Positions 1 to 11,076 of a stretch of DNA of 64,000 nucleotides are shown piece after piece (the stretch's first letter is position 1; every line of letters starts with the position of its first letter). Origin of the DNA: an uncultured Nitrososphaerota archaeon (lineage in GTDB: Archaea; Thermoproteota; Nitrososphaeria; Nitrososphaerales; Gagatemarchaeaceae). The DNA lies in assembly GCA_963718895.1 (NCBI GenBank), contig CAVRAG010000008.1, forward strand, positions 864,001 to 928,000. The letters run 5' to 3'. The position numbers and the translations under genes are program-made. The notes beneath the pieces were generated by a model. That model had not been told where the DNA came from and did no database searches. It saw only the letters and a program-made list of their open reading frames with translations.

Positions 1-36
1 TACCGGATTCGACGCAGACGGGAGGCTGATATGAGC

Positions 37-714
37 CTATGCTAGTTGACTAGTGTACATGTTGCAATAGGTCTGGAGCTGCCAAAGTCCAACGGTGACG
101 CTATGAATGTCTTGGTAAGACGCCGTGCCGCCTCCTGGAAGGGTCTGGGATGTCTGCCTGTCCGTTAGGGTAGAAAAGGTGTAGCCGTCCACCCAAGGCA
201 AATCCTCCAGGCCCGTGATACGCTGGGGCTGGAAGACGTTGGCCCTGCTAGTGAGTAATCCTGAACATTCACTCAAGCCGCTAGTTTGGTTTTCGCTCTG
301 AGTGATTGAAGGCGACGATGCGGACAAGTTAGCCGCTTGACCTGTTACTGACCCTGTTACCCCGAATACGAATGAAACCCGTATCTCGCCACTACAAGCA
401 AGTGATCCGTTCAAGTAGCCAATGAACTCAAAGAGATACTCGCCTTCCGGGGTCCCAGACGTATCGACTTTTCCTTCTTCGGTTACGTTGAGATAACTCT
501 GTGATGCCAGCTGGCTGTTATAGTGGATATTCCAACCGTCCGTTGCCGTCACATTCTGGTCATCTTGAGCATCAGTAAAAAGCGTCCAAAGTCCGGCGGG
601 GTTTGACTGGGCCTGAGCGCGGGCGGTGGAGAAGAGTGGGGGAGACGCGAGGAGAAAGATGGCAAGAAACGCAAGACCGACGACAAAACTCCCAGAGTTT
701 CCGGGCTTCTCCAA
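37..714 (-). CDS. Secreted hypothetical protein
   Basis: 225-aa ORF with N-terminal hydrophobic signal (FVVGLAFLAIFLLA..ARAQA); S/T/G-rich mature part. Confidence 0.6.
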   Translation of the reverse strand: MEKPGNSGSFVVGLAFLAIFLLASPPLFSTARAQAQSNPAGLWTLFTDAQDDQNVTATDGWNIHYNSQLASQSYLNVTEEGKVDTSGTPEGEYLFEFIGYLNGSLACSGEIRVSFVFGVTGSVTGQAANLSASSPSITQSENQTSGLSECSGLLTSRANVFQPQRITGLEDLPWVDGYTFSTLTDRQTSQTLPGGGTASYQDIHSVTVGLWQLQTYCNMYTSQLA

Positions 715-904
715 CGTTCCTCACGAGAGGAATCTGTTTTCGTCCGAATCTATTAAGGATTGGTCTGATTCCCAGAAGGGAGAAGAGAGAGGGCGGGCTC
801 GAGGAGCAGTCGACGAAGAGGATGAATCGCTGGAACCGTTACCAGGTCTCCGAAGTCGAGCAACCAGAGCCGATTTAAGGACCGGGAAAACCGCACCCGT
901 CAGG

Positions 905-1738
905 ATGGAACTCAAGCCCTTCGGCCCGACAGGCAGGCAGGTAAGCGCCATGGGGATGGGCACCTACTACGACTTCCCCTGGATCATCAAGGCCAGACTC
1001 GGGAGCAGGGGAGGGGCGTCATCGAAGGTGGAGGCGCTCAAGGCGGGTCTCGATGGAGGCATCACGCTGATAGACACGGCCGAGATCTACAACTCTGAAC
1101 CGCTCGTAGCTAAGGCCATATCCGGGCGGAAGAGGGAGGACCTCTTCATCGCCACGAAGGTCATGTTCCTCCACCTGCGGCACGATGCGCTGGTCAGGGC
1201 CCTCGAAAGGAGCCTGAAGAGCCTCGAGGTCGACTACGTGGACCTCTACCAGGTCCACCAACCCAGCCCGTTCGTGCCGATCAAGGAGACGATGGGGGCC
1301 CTGGAGGAGATGGTCGACGGGGGCCTCACGCGCTCCGTCGGGATCTCGAACTTCTCCCTCAAGCAGACCATCGCTGCGAAGGACGCGATGAAGAAGCACC
1401 GCATCGCCTCGATCCAGATGCCGTACAACCTGGCGGACAGGAGGATGGAGAGGGAGATACTCCCGTTCTGCAGGAAGGAGAACGTCGCGCTCCTCGCCTA
1501 CTTCCCCATGGGCCACGGGAAGCTCGTCTCGAACCCAAAGCTCCGAGAGATCGGGGCGAGGCATGGGAAGACGGCCGCCCAGGTGGCGCTCAACTGGCTG
1601 CTCTCGCAGGAGAACGTCTTCCCCATCCCGAGGGCATCCCACGCGGCGCACGTTGAGGAGAACTTCGGCTCGATGGACTGGAGGCTCACCGACGAAGAGA
1701 AGAAGGAGCTGGATAGGGTCTTCCCTCCCCCGAGTTGA
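905..1738 (+). CDS. Aldo/keto reductase
   Basis: MELKPFGPTGRQVSAMGMGT, IDTAEIY, IATKV, SLKSLEVDYVDLYQVHQP, GISNFS, TAAQVALNW, PIP motifs. Confidence 0.93.
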   Translation: MELKPFGPTGRQVSAMGMGTYYDFPWIIKARLGSRGGASSKVEALKAGLDGGITLIDTAEIYNSEPLVAKAISGRKREDLFIATKVMFLHLRHDALVRALERSLKSLEVDYVDLYQVHQPSPFVPIKETMGALEEMVDGGLTRSVGISNFSLKQTIAAKDAMKKHRIASIQMPYNLADRRMEREILPFCRKENVALLAYFPMGHGKLVSNPKLREIGARHGKTAAQVALNWLLSQENVFPIPRASHAAHVEENFGSMDWRLTDEEKKELDRVFPPPS

Positions 1739-1964
1739 GCGGCGCGGATTCCCGATGAAGCCGACGCTCTCTTCAGAGCAGCTAACTTCACGCTCTGGTG
1801 CTATGCACCGTCCTCGTCCTGAATGGATATGCCAATTAGTCCGTCCGGTACATTGAATCGAGCAGAACAGTCATTTCCATATCCTCGAGAGGTCTGTTAT
1901 GAGCGACCGAGACCGCACGTCCGCTTTGCTCATTACCACGTCGGGCCCTGCCACTCGACAAGGG

Positions 1965-2010
1965 CTAGGGTCCAGTGATGGGCTGGATGTGGATCTCTTC
2001 GCCGTTCTCG
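1965..2010 (-). repeat. Orphan copy 4 of the tes 3' end (ENGEEIHIQPITGP*)
   Basis: Matches 42078-42123; core GGATGTGGATCTCTTCGCCGTTCTCG is identical. Confidence 0.92.
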
Positions 2011-2174
2011 TCGGGAACTTATCTTATGTTTTCCGCTGGGGTTCGCGGTTCAGTTCTCAGCAGATAGCTTTCCAATCCTTCAGGAGCTTGGAAAGCGAGG
2101 TAGGCTGTTCCGATTTGGAAAAGAGAATCAAAAAGAGGTCTATCCGAGTCGAGAGCGGGTAAGAAGTGACTCGC

Positions 2175-3105
2175 TCAAGCCCTAGTAGGGTGGCCTTGTC
2201 CTGTCGCCAGTTTTAGACTAATCATCTGCTTGAGAATCTCGTCCACTGCAACGCAACAATCGTTCTCAGCCTTGATTGCGTGAACGTGTGAAAGTTCCTG
2301 GAGGGTGGAATTGAGAGCTTGGTCACTCGCCTCGGCATCGTCGTACGAGAATCTGTAACGGTCAAACAGACCTCTTCTCGAAATCGTTACCGGCTTTTCG
2401 GCATCCAGAGCGAACCAATAGTAGCTACTATCAAGGTGAATGGATTTCTCGAAAATATTGATGCGGAAATTGTCCCTGATTGTCGGATACCTATTCTTCA
2501 ATAGATGGGCAAATACTGCTCGGTCGAAGTCCATATCGTTCTTCAAGACCTTTTCCTCTAATGCAAGAAATGTGGGACCGTATGTCCATCCCTTTTCTTC
2601 GGGAAGATATCTTACAATCTCAAGCTCCGCTAGCAAAGTTAGATACTTGAACCAATTAGGGTCGCTGGCTTGAACTTCGGCCCTAGTAACGTAGTGGCTT
2701 CCCATGAACAGGATACCTCAAATTGTCGAGGATCATGACTACGGGAGAGAGGAATTGGTCTGCACCTCGCGTCATCGCAAGTTGGTCGGCGGATGCCTCC
2801 ACCATTATTCTTTCGGCTTGAATCTTCCATAAGTCTAGCCTATCCCAGACTTGTCTTCCGCACTCGCCTCTGGTCGTGGCTTGTATCACGTTCATGTCTG
2901 AGTCAAAGATGATTTGTCCAATGCCGTCCATCGGAATGTATCGTAGAATTGGTTCTTCCGCACTTTTCTCATCCTTAATCCATCGCGGATAGTCAGTCCG
3001 AAGTTCGGCAATCCATTTGCCAGATTCGGATTTGATTCTGCCGACACTTGTCAGGTTGCCATAGTGGCGAAATACGTAGTTCTCTATGATTTGCTTAGCA
3101 TCCAT
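2175..3105 (-). CDS. Hypothetical protein (~310 aa, frameshift near 2700), coupled to the C39 peptidase
   Basis: ORFs 2683-3132 and 2175-2705 overlap; ATG at 3105 overlaps the end of the peptidase gene; lower GC than the flanks. Confidence 0.6.
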
Positions 3106-3679
3106 CTTTGGTCTCGCTCTCGAATTCATCAATTCTGGTACTCCTTCCTATTTGAACTTTCAAGAGGTCGAATCCTCCATAGAGCCACTTTCGCTCGAAG
3201 TCGGCAAGACGCTCCGTTTTCTCCATTGGTGGTCCTGGGTCATTGTAAGTTATCCGACCCGCCTGAACGTCGATGTCAATCACCACGACCGCGTGTTGGT
3301 GGTGAGAAACCCCGTCGCCAACGTATTGCCAAGCGATGCATGGTAAGCCCTTTGAAATCTCTTCAGCTATTTCATTCACGGTACGAAATCTAAATCCGTC
3401 ATCAAATTCGACCGACGGGGAAGCAGCCGCTATGTGTCCATTTAACAGAGGAACGTCGCTCGCTAACGTGCCATCACTCTCCCTTACAATTTTCGCTATC
3501 TCACGAATTGTCAGGTCGGTAATTGGCGTCCGCAATCTGCCGCTCTGATTCAGATACTCAATCACCATCTTTACACAGGTTGGCACGCAAAAGAATTCTT
3601 CTTGTTGGGCTATCAAAGGAACATTGAGCTTTCGGCCAACACTCACGTCGAGCGCACCGAGTGTTGTCTTGAGTATCAC
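3095..3679 (-). CDS. C39-like (papain-fold) cysteine peptidase
   Basis: VPLIAQQEEFFCVPTC, HAVVVIDID and YNDP give a Q-C/H/D catalytic pattern. Confidence 0.8.
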   Translation of the reverse strand: MILKTTLGALDVSVGRKLNVPLIAQQEEFFCVPTCVKMVIEYLNQSGRLRTPITDLTIREIAKIVRESDGTLASDVPLLNGHIAAASPSVEFDDGFRFRTVNEIAEEISKGLPCIAWQYVGDGVSHHQHAVVVIDIDVQAGRITYNDPGPPMEKTERLADFERKWLYGGFDLLKVQIGRSTRIDEFESETKDGC

Positions 3680-3806
3680 GCTTATATCACTTCTACGATG
3701 TCTCCTTATCCATCTGGATTCGCGATTTCAATCATAGCCGTGGAGCACCGGTAAAGTGGAGGCAGGATTACAACCTCCTGATGCGCAGCTCAGAATGGGA
3801 TGAATA

Positions 3807-3898
3807 GAAATGAAGACCGAGAGCTCCGTGGCTCTCGATGCTTAGGTGCCGGTGATTGGCTGGATGTGGATCTCTTCGCCGTTCTCGACCAAGGCGCA
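3807..3898 (-). repeat. Orphan copy 3 of the tes 3' end (CALVENGEEIHIQPITGT*) plus 35 bp downstream with a hairpin; direct repeat of 40806-40897
   Basis: Stop TAA at 3842-3844; hairpin CGAGAGC-N6-GCTCTCG at 3818-3837 is shared with the 40.8-kb copy. Confidence 0.92.
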
Positions 3899-4156
3899 TC
3901 TCCAGGAGAAGAGACTTTCAAAGCGGCGTTGATGAGTAGAACAAACCTAGGGAAGAGTGCATCAGCTCCGAGGCGAAGCATGTGCACATAGACTGGTGAG
4001 ACAGGTCACAGAGTCGCGGGCGACGCGAGGGTGCCATCAAACCTGTTGTGGTTTGACTGCTGTGGTCGTGCTGCCGCCGAGCCAACGCTACCGGGGTTGC
4101 GTTTGCGCATGACTACACATGCCTACACATGCCACATAACCTCCTAATGAGCGGGA

Positions 4157-5658
4157 ATGGGTGCCCAAGGTCAGGCAAAAGAGATGCGCACCTTGAGGGG
4201 GAGGCGTGAGTTCCTCTGGACTGCTGCGGTTGTCTCGCTACTGGTCTTGGGGCCCATATCCGTCTTGGGGACCGTCCCTGCCGCCCACGCCGCGGACCCC
4301 ACCACGATTTCGATCACCACCTCGAACGGCGCGACGGTGTGCCCTGGCTCCCTCCACGGGGCCTGGACTACGGGCTCCATTGGGTCGATAGTAACCGACA
4401 CCTGTTCGATTACCGCTGTCGATGAGGCGATAAAGTTGTCCGGGGAAGGTTGGGCTGCATTTGGTGAATTCCTAGACGTTTTCTTTGACCTGGCTATCCC
4501 CGACCCAGGCTGCGCGCTTTACATCCCCCAAGGGACGACCCTGAACGTAGGCACGGGCGTCACCATCTCCGTCACGAGCGAGGCGACTTATTCTGACGCA
4601 AGAAGAGTACGCCATCATCAACGCCGGCACCATCAACAACAACGGGTCCATAATCGGCGTATCCAGTGGAAATGGCGCAGCTACTCAACTCCGGCACCAT
4701 CAACAACAACTACTACCTACAAGCCGGCGCCACCAACACCAACATTGGCATCTTCAACTCCGGAGTCATCAACAACGACCGGGTACTTGCAGGGATACAG
4801 CGACCTCTACGGCATCATCAACCTCGGCACCATCAACAACGAACTATTCGGCTTCATGGAAGGCGACGGCGGCTCAATATTCTTGGGAATACTGCGACCA
4901 GCGGTCAGGGCATATTCAACGATGAGGGTACCATTAACAACGTCGGGGTCGTGTGAACGGTGACCAGCTCATGGGGTGAAATAGGTGATATGACGTCGGG
5001 TACTATCTGCCCCCTCCCCTACGGCATCTACAACGTGGCCGGCGCCATCAACGACTACTGCGGCACTCCACTGACGGATTCTTCATACGGTGGCACCGCC
5101 CCCAACCCCATCTCCTGCGCAACGGTCGTATTCTACGTGGAAGGTGAAGGCGTCACTGGAGCGATCGTGGGTGGGGAAAGCGTGCCAGGAGAGGATGTGT
5201 ATATCGCCATGTCCTGGGGGCCCTTCGTCCTTCCGTGGACGGATGGTGAATGGCAAGAGGAGAGTTTTTCGCCCGCGAACAGCAACACGATTACCACCTT
5301 GGTGGTGTTCTACGAGCTCATTCCCGCCACGGAGTCGTTCACCTACTCCTTCCCTTCCCACCTCATCTGCACGACACACCCATGGCCTGCAATCGGTAAT
5401 GTGGTGCCAACTTCTAACTGTGCTGCGATGGGGCAACCACTATACACCTGCCTGTCCGGCTGCTCGGGCACGGTCACGCTGGCCGAAGGAGAACATGGGC
5501 CTTTCGTGGTGACGTACTCGCCTCTCGTCCCCCCGACCATTCCGCCCACTGGCGTCCCACAGTTCCCCCTTGGCTTTGCTATTCTATTCGCACTCGCGGT
5601 CCCTTCACTGCTCTTGCTGAGGAAGAGGGCGCTGTCACCGAGAAGTCTCGGTATCTGA
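4157..5658 (+). CDS. Cell-surface protein with Asn/Gly-rich beta-helix-like repeats and a PEF-CTERM-like anchor (frameshifted)
   Basis: Signal peptide (..PAAHA), xINNxGTINN repeats spread over frames, C-terminus GVPQFP + TM + RKR. Confidence 0.65.
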
Positions 5659-5971
5659 TTCCAAGGTTGTCGTTGATTTAGGCGTCGAAGTAGTTTCAGT
5701 GGTTGCATTTCTAGAAGTATAGCTGTCGAAGCTCACCGGCCCGATCACCTATAGCTGACGAGTGCCGCGGTTCTAGGGCCATTAAGGATACGATCCGAGA
5801 AGTTTCGATGGAGGAAGGGATTCGAACCCTCGGCGAGAGGTCGAAGAGCCAGCATAACCGGTACAGTCAGGGGAGAAGACAGGGCTCGATGGCCCACATT
5901 GACTACAGCGAGAAAAATGGTTAACTGGACAGTTGGGAGTTTGAGTCAGTAGAATCAAGCTCATCTTCTGC

Positions 5972-6630
5972 TCATGCAGGCACTTCAATGCGACTGGACC
6001 GGTGAGCCTCCAATTCGAATCGGCGGTGGACTTTCCTTCTGTGCGCTCTTTCCAGCCGCGCCTTTACGAGCTTCCTGAGGCGCTTATACTGGTTCCTGAC
6101 CGTCACATCTTTCACCCCAGCCGCTTCCGCCGCGTCGAACTGGGTCAGCGCCTCGCCGTTCAGCAGCGACGCCAGATAGAGGGCTGCGGCCGCCAGTCCG
6201 GTCGGGTAGACGCCGTCTGTGATCCCCGCCTTCTCCGCCTTCGACAGTATCTCGAGGGCGTCAGCCTCCACCTTCGGGTGAACTTTCGCTCTGGAGGCGA
6301 CCATCGCCAGGCATTCCGCCGGGTCGGCGACGGGGATTTTCAGGTCGAGCTCCTCGACCAGCAGCCTGTACCGCCGGGCTACCGCTTTCCTCTCCACGCC
6401 GCTGGCTGCTGACACGTCTGCCAGCGTCGCCGGGACCTCACTCTCCCTGCAGGCGGCATACAGGGACGCGGCCGCAATCTGGGAGAGCGGCCTACCCCTG
6501 GCGAGACCTCTCTCCAGGCTCTTCTTGAAGATGCGAGCAGCCTCGTCCGTGACCGCTACTGGGATTGAGAGTTTCTCGGAGAACTCGATTAGTTCTTCGA
6601 GAACAATCCCTACCTCAGCCCTGTCGGGTT
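5972..6630 (-). pseudogene. tfb: 5'-truncated transcription factor B (TFIIB cyclin repeats only)
   Basis: EAARIFKKSLERGLARGR..IAAASLYAACR and GVYPTGLAAAALYLA..GVKDVTVRNQYKRL; no Zn-ribbon and no start before an upstream in-frame stop. Confidence 0.8.
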
Positions 6631-6671
6631 GAGGGTCGCTTAACGACGTAGCCTATCACCAGCCCAGAGAA

Positions 6672-7906
6672 TCAGGAGGACAGCCATCGCTCCGTATGCC
6701 CAGGCCGGGCACGGTAGACGTCGTGGTAGTAGTGGTGCTGGTGGTGGTCAGGGTTGAGGTCACGGTGCTCCCAGGCAGGGTGCTGGTCACAGTCGAGGTC
6801 GTGGTGATTGTGCTCCGAGGTCAGGGTATTGGTCACAGTCGACGTCGTAGTGATTGTGCTCCCGGGCAAGGTTACAGTGGTTGTAGCGGTGGACGCCGTA
6901 GAGGTGACAGAGCTGGTAGAGATAGTGTCGGAGATGACGGAGACTGTGTTGGAGCCTTGATTGGTCACGAAGACCTCGCCCTTGGCGGAGTCGTAGGCGA
7001 GGCCGATGGGAGCACGTCCCACGGTCACGTTAGCGATCACCGTGTTGGAGGCGTCTGAGATGACAGAGACTGTGTTGGACGCGTAATTGCCGACGAAGAC
7101 CTCTCCCTTGCCGGAGTCGTAGGCGAGGCCGACGGGAGCAGTTCCCACGGTCACGTTGGCGACCACTGAGTTGGAGGCGTCGGAGATGATAGAGACGGAG
7201 TTGGAGCCTTGATTGGTCACGAAGACCTCGCCCTTGGCGGAGTCGTAGGCTAGACCCTGCGAGACCACTTCCAACGGCCACGGTGGCGACTACCGAGTTG
7301 GAGGCGTCGGAGATGACAGAGACGAAGCCGCCTGCGCTTACCGCGAAGACCTCGCCCTTGCCGGAGTCGTAGGCGAGGGCACTAGGACTGCCCTTCACGG
7401 TCACGTTGGCGATCGCTGTTGCTGGTGTCTGAGATGACAGCGACACCGGAGGCGGCATTGGCGACGAAGACCTCTCCCTTGGCGGAGTCGTAGGCGAGGC
7501 CCTGGGGAGCAGTTCCCACGGTCACGTTGGCGACTACCGAGTTGGAGGCGTCGGAGATGACAGAGACGGTGTTGCCCGCGTAATTGGCGACGAAGACCTC
7601 TCCCTTTGCGGAGTCGTAGGCGAGGCCCAAAGGACCGGCGAAATGAGTCACGGTTGCGACCATGGAGCCTGAGGCGTCGGAGATGACGGAGACTGAGTTG
7701 GAGCCAGGATTGCTCACGAAGACCTCTCCCTTGGCGGAGTCGTAGGCGAGGCCCTGGGGAGCAGTCCCCACGGCTACGCTCACGGTCAAAGCCGCTCCTG
7801 GATGAGCCAGAAGAATCAGGGGGCCGAGCAGGACCAGGAGCAGGAGCGCTGACTTTGCCCCGCGCTGAAGCGATGTAGTACGGCTACTGATAAGCTCCGC
7901 GTCCAA
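6672..7906 (-). CDS. YVTN/YncE-type beta-propeller surface protein with Thr-rich tail (frameshifted, anchor missing)
   Basis: About 42-aa repeats VGTAPxGLAYDSAKGEVFVxNxxSNxVSVISDASNSVVANVT; signal peptide. Confidence 0.85.
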
Positions 7907-7959
7907 GGTTGATCAGCGACCCCCTGTGCTCACGCCGGCAATCCCCAGGTACTGTCCTG

Positions 7960-9750
7960 TCACCAGCTCTGTGCCAAGGAGGCGTTCTCGCCGGCAACAC
8001 GACCCATTACTACTCCCTTGGCCATGCCGATTGTGTCTAGCCCAGCCGCAGCCTCTCCAGCTGCATACAGGTTCGGGATTGTGTTACCGTTTATGTCCAG
8101 CACTTGAGAGTCTCCGTTTACTGGGACGCCGCCGCAGGTGTCGTGGAGAACGACGTTCGTCCAGATGGCGTAGTATGGTGGGGTGCTTATCTGGTGGATC
8201 AATAGGGTTGCAGGCTTGCCATAGTCCGGGTCCGCGGGAGGAGAGGCGGCGACGTACGAGTTGTACTTGCTGATTGTTGCGGTCAGGCTACCCGGAGGCA
8301 CATTTATCGCCGTCTCAAGCGCGCCTAGCGTCGAGGCACTGGCGACAAGGTTAGGGTCTACCACTGCGGGAGGTCCGGCCCAGGTCGCGGGATTGATGAG
8401 CTCCCTTGACAAGCCTGCGGAATCCATTATGGTCCAGCACCCGAGAGTTCCGTACGGGCCGGTCGTGTTCTGGTCTATGGTGTAGTCGTAGAACGAATAA
8501 GGCGGATCCCCAAAGAACCACCCCGAGGTCTCTGGAGTGTTCTCGTCCATGTACCTGTTCCCAAGGCTATTCACGAAGATGTAGTCTGCCGCGCTTGATG
8601 GACTGAGGCCCGGCACTGTGTAGGCTGAACCTAGCGGGAACGAGTGATACAGAGTTCCCCACTGCCTGTGCCAAGCGTGGATGTCCATGTTCCTGTCGGG
8701 TTCTAGTGCCGCGCCTGCATTTATCGCCGCCAACAAACCGGTGCCATCGTCGTAACAGAATGGGGTCCCAGAGTAGGTTATGTTCGGTCCAATTCTTGGA
8801 TCAAATAGTGAGCGCAACCATGGGTTCCCCTTCCAACCCCCGGTTCCGACTATCACAGCCCTGTTCGCTCTGAAATACACCGTCCCCGTGGCCGTCTCTG
8901 CTGCGATTCCCAAGACTCTGCCGGTGAGTGGCTGTTCCCTGATTATCTGGGTCATCTTTGTGTTCAGTTCGATGTCGACGTTGCTCAACTTCTTCAGGGC
9001 GGCTATCAAGGGGTTGCACCACCCCGCGCCACCGGCTGCGGATTGAGGATGAGTGGCACCCAGCCCGCTGGGGTCCACCACGTCAGTGACGGTATCGCTG
9101 TACCACCTTGATCCCCAGAATACGGCCGAGCCGGAGGCTGTGGTGACACCACTGAACTTCGCACCATGTGCTACCAACCAGTTCCAAGTGTCCAGGCTGC
9201 GGTCAGCAAAGGTCCGAGCTACCTCGTGCTTACTCTTCTGTCCCGGTGAGGAATACACGGCTGGGTTTCCGAGCGTCTTGGTCTCAACGTTTGTGTAGTT
9301 AGGCACGTGCGCAGTAAGGTCCGAGTATAGCGTCGCTGCCGACTCGTAATGTCCTGCTTTGATCTGCACAGCGTTGCCTCCTCCAACTCCCAGGAGACCT
9401 CCTGAAATCGTGGCACATCCTCCGAGAACGCTGTTCGATTCGACCAACATTACGGTGGCTCCTGCTTCAGCAGCTGCGAGAGCGGCAGGAAGCCCAGCAG
9501 CCCCAGATCCACAAACGATCACATCTGCAGCTTTGTTCCACGATGACGGGACCACAGCAGGTTGTGCCCTAACAGGCGTTGTCGCTTGCCCGGTCGCTGC
9601 TCGCCCTATTTCGGCGAGCTTCGACGCTGCGGGCGAGCTGAATCGCGGCGCAAGAATCGCCCCCGCGCTGAGTGCCGCGGCTCCTCCAGCCGCGGCTCCT
9701 ACGAACTGCCGTCTGGACAGTTTCTTATCCGTGATTTTTTCTTCTGTCAA
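7960..9750 (-). CDS. Tat-exported FAD-dependent oxidoreductase (flavocytochrome c/fumarate reductase flavoprotein family)
   Basis: SRRQFVG twin-arginine signal, DVIVCGSGAAG Rossmann motif, HDTCGGVPVN..IPNLYAAGE; probable TTG start at 9750. Confidence 0.88.
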   Translation of the reverse strand: MTEEKITDKKLSRRQFVGAAAGGAAALSAGAILAPRFSSPAASKLAEIGRAATGQATTPVRAQPAVVPSSWNKAADVIVCGSGAAGLPAALAAAEAGATVMLVESNSVLGGCATISGGLLGVGGGNAVQIKAGHYESAATLYSDLTAHVPNYTNVETKTLGNPAVYSSPGQKSKHEVARTFADRSLDTWNWLVAHGAKFSGVTTASGSAVFWGSRWYSDTVTDVVDPSGLGATHPQSAAGGAGWCNPLIAALKKLSNVDIELNTKMTQIIREQPLTGRVLGIAAETATGTVYFRANRAVIVGTGGWKGNPWLRSLFDPRIGPNITYSGTPFCYDDGTGLLAAINAGAALEPDRNMDIHAWHRQWGTLYHSFPLGSAYTVPGLSPSSAADYIFVNSLGNRYMDENTPETSGWFFGDPPYSFYDYTIDQNTTGPYGTLGCWTIMDSAGLSRELINPATWAGPPAVVDPNLVASASTLGALETAINVPPGSLTATISKYNSYVAASPPADPDYGKPATLLIHQISTPPYYAIWTNVVLHDTCGGVPVNGDSQVLDINGNTIPNLYAAGEAAAGLDTIGMAKGVVMGRVAGENASLAQSW

Positions 9751-9864
9751 TTGTGATCCCTGGTTGTGAAAATGCGACGGCGAGTATATGGGCAGGACGA
9801 GGCGTTTGTAGGCAAAGGTAGGCATGCGTAAATACAACCCTTGTAGCTCGGAATTGCGGTTGAC

Positions 9865-10413
9865 ATGACCGCTCTTGAGGTCGAGGGGTCGATGAGAAGG
9901 AGCGTCTCGGTGCACTTCAGAATCTCGACGAATATGTACGATTCGCTCGAAGAGGAGGCCAAGAATAAAAACGTCAGTCTGAATACGCTGTTGAATCAGG
10001 TAATCTCCCGCCACACACTCGATGACTTGCTGTTCGAAGAAGAGGGATTTGTGAAGATGACCAAGAATACGCTCCGCGCGGCCTTGAGCCTGATACCGGA
10101 TGACAAACTCAGCGAATTCGGCAGGTTGGCGGCAAAGAATGGCGCGGACGCAAGGATGTTGGCGAGGAGCGACTGCATCACCGTTGACACCGTTCTGGAT
10201 GAACTTCGCCTTTTTTCGAGATCCGGATGGTACTCGTTAAATGAAGCGAAAAGGAACGGGAGGGAGATGATCTCCTTGATACACGATCTCGGACCAACAA
10301 CTGGGCCAAGGCAATCCACGGTCCTTAGTGCTTATGCTACGGGTCTGTTCGCGCTGGTTGGCGTCCGTCCCAAGATTACGACCACAAGTTCCTCGGTCAT
10401 GATCGAGTACTAG
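9865..10413 (+). CDS. Ribbon-helix-helix regulator with C-terminal ligand-binding-like domain
   Basis: SVHFRISTNMYDSLEEEAKNKNVSLNTLLNQVI; divergent from the flavoprotein gene. Confidence 0.7.
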   Translation: MTALEVEGSMRRSVSVHFRISTNMYDSLEEEAKNKNVSLNTLLNQVISRHTLDDLLFEEEGFVKMTKNTLRAALSLIPDDKLSEFGRLAAKNGADARMLARSDCITVDTVLDELRLFSRSGWYSLNEAKRNGREMISLIHDLGPTTGPRQSTVLSAYATGLFALVGVRPKITTTSSSVMIEY

Positions 10414-10529
10414 TCCGTTGTCACTGACTCAACGTCAAGGCGACTTGGGGAGTTCGCAGTCGCCTGAAAAGAAACGAAATCGCCTCAAGATCGCGAGGAT
10501 CTCGGAGTACAGCGTAGAGCTTCCAGTGT

Positions 10530-10592
10530 CTATTCGGAGATTTTCAACTTGGCCGCAGGGACAGGCTCAGGCGTCGAGACGCGCACCATAGC
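10530..10592 (-). repeat. Orphan 3' end of HerA-like ATPase A (AMVRVSTPEPVPAAKLKISE*)
   Basis: Homologous to about 15215-15276; AGGGACAGGCTCAGGCGTCGAGACGCGCACCAT is identical. Confidence 0.9.
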
Positions 10593-11076
10593 CCTCAGAG
10601 CGCCCAGGGAAGACGACGTGACAATCTCATGACTGTTACGTCCGTCGGTGGTCAAACCCCATGATACACGAAGGCTATTGCCACATGTGCATACATCTCA
10701 CATCGCCGGAGCGGAGCAGGCCGGTGTGTTCGAAGCATGACTTTCCCGTCACGCTCTACCAGACGTGCGATAGCTTTGAGGATCTCATGAAGACGCACAT
10801 GAAGGACAGCTCCAAGCATCGCGAGTAGCCGCTTCAGCCTAAGGATAGACGCCAAAGCGCGGGGTTCGAGCCGGGCAAACCGCCGCCCGCGCCTTAGACC
10901 TACTTTCCACCCATCAAGGTACGCTCCGACGATGCCGCTGACCCTCTCGGGCCAGCTCCTCCCCTGCAATACAACTGAGGGGTGCCCGGTGACTTGAATG
11001 TGCTGGGCCAGGGCACCGGATTGCGGACGCGCTCTTTTATTAGGAGAACCCGGGGGCCCTGCTGACGGGGAACAGG

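Noticed and set aside
5811-5835. tRNA T-arm-like GAGGGTTCGAATCCCTT on the minus strand
   Set aside because: No acceptor, D or anticodon arms can be folded; at most a remnant.
6900-7780. About 126-bp tandem DNA repeats as a non-coding array or DGR template
   Set aside because: They are in-frame YVTN propeller blades; no reverse transcriptase and no adenine-specific variation.
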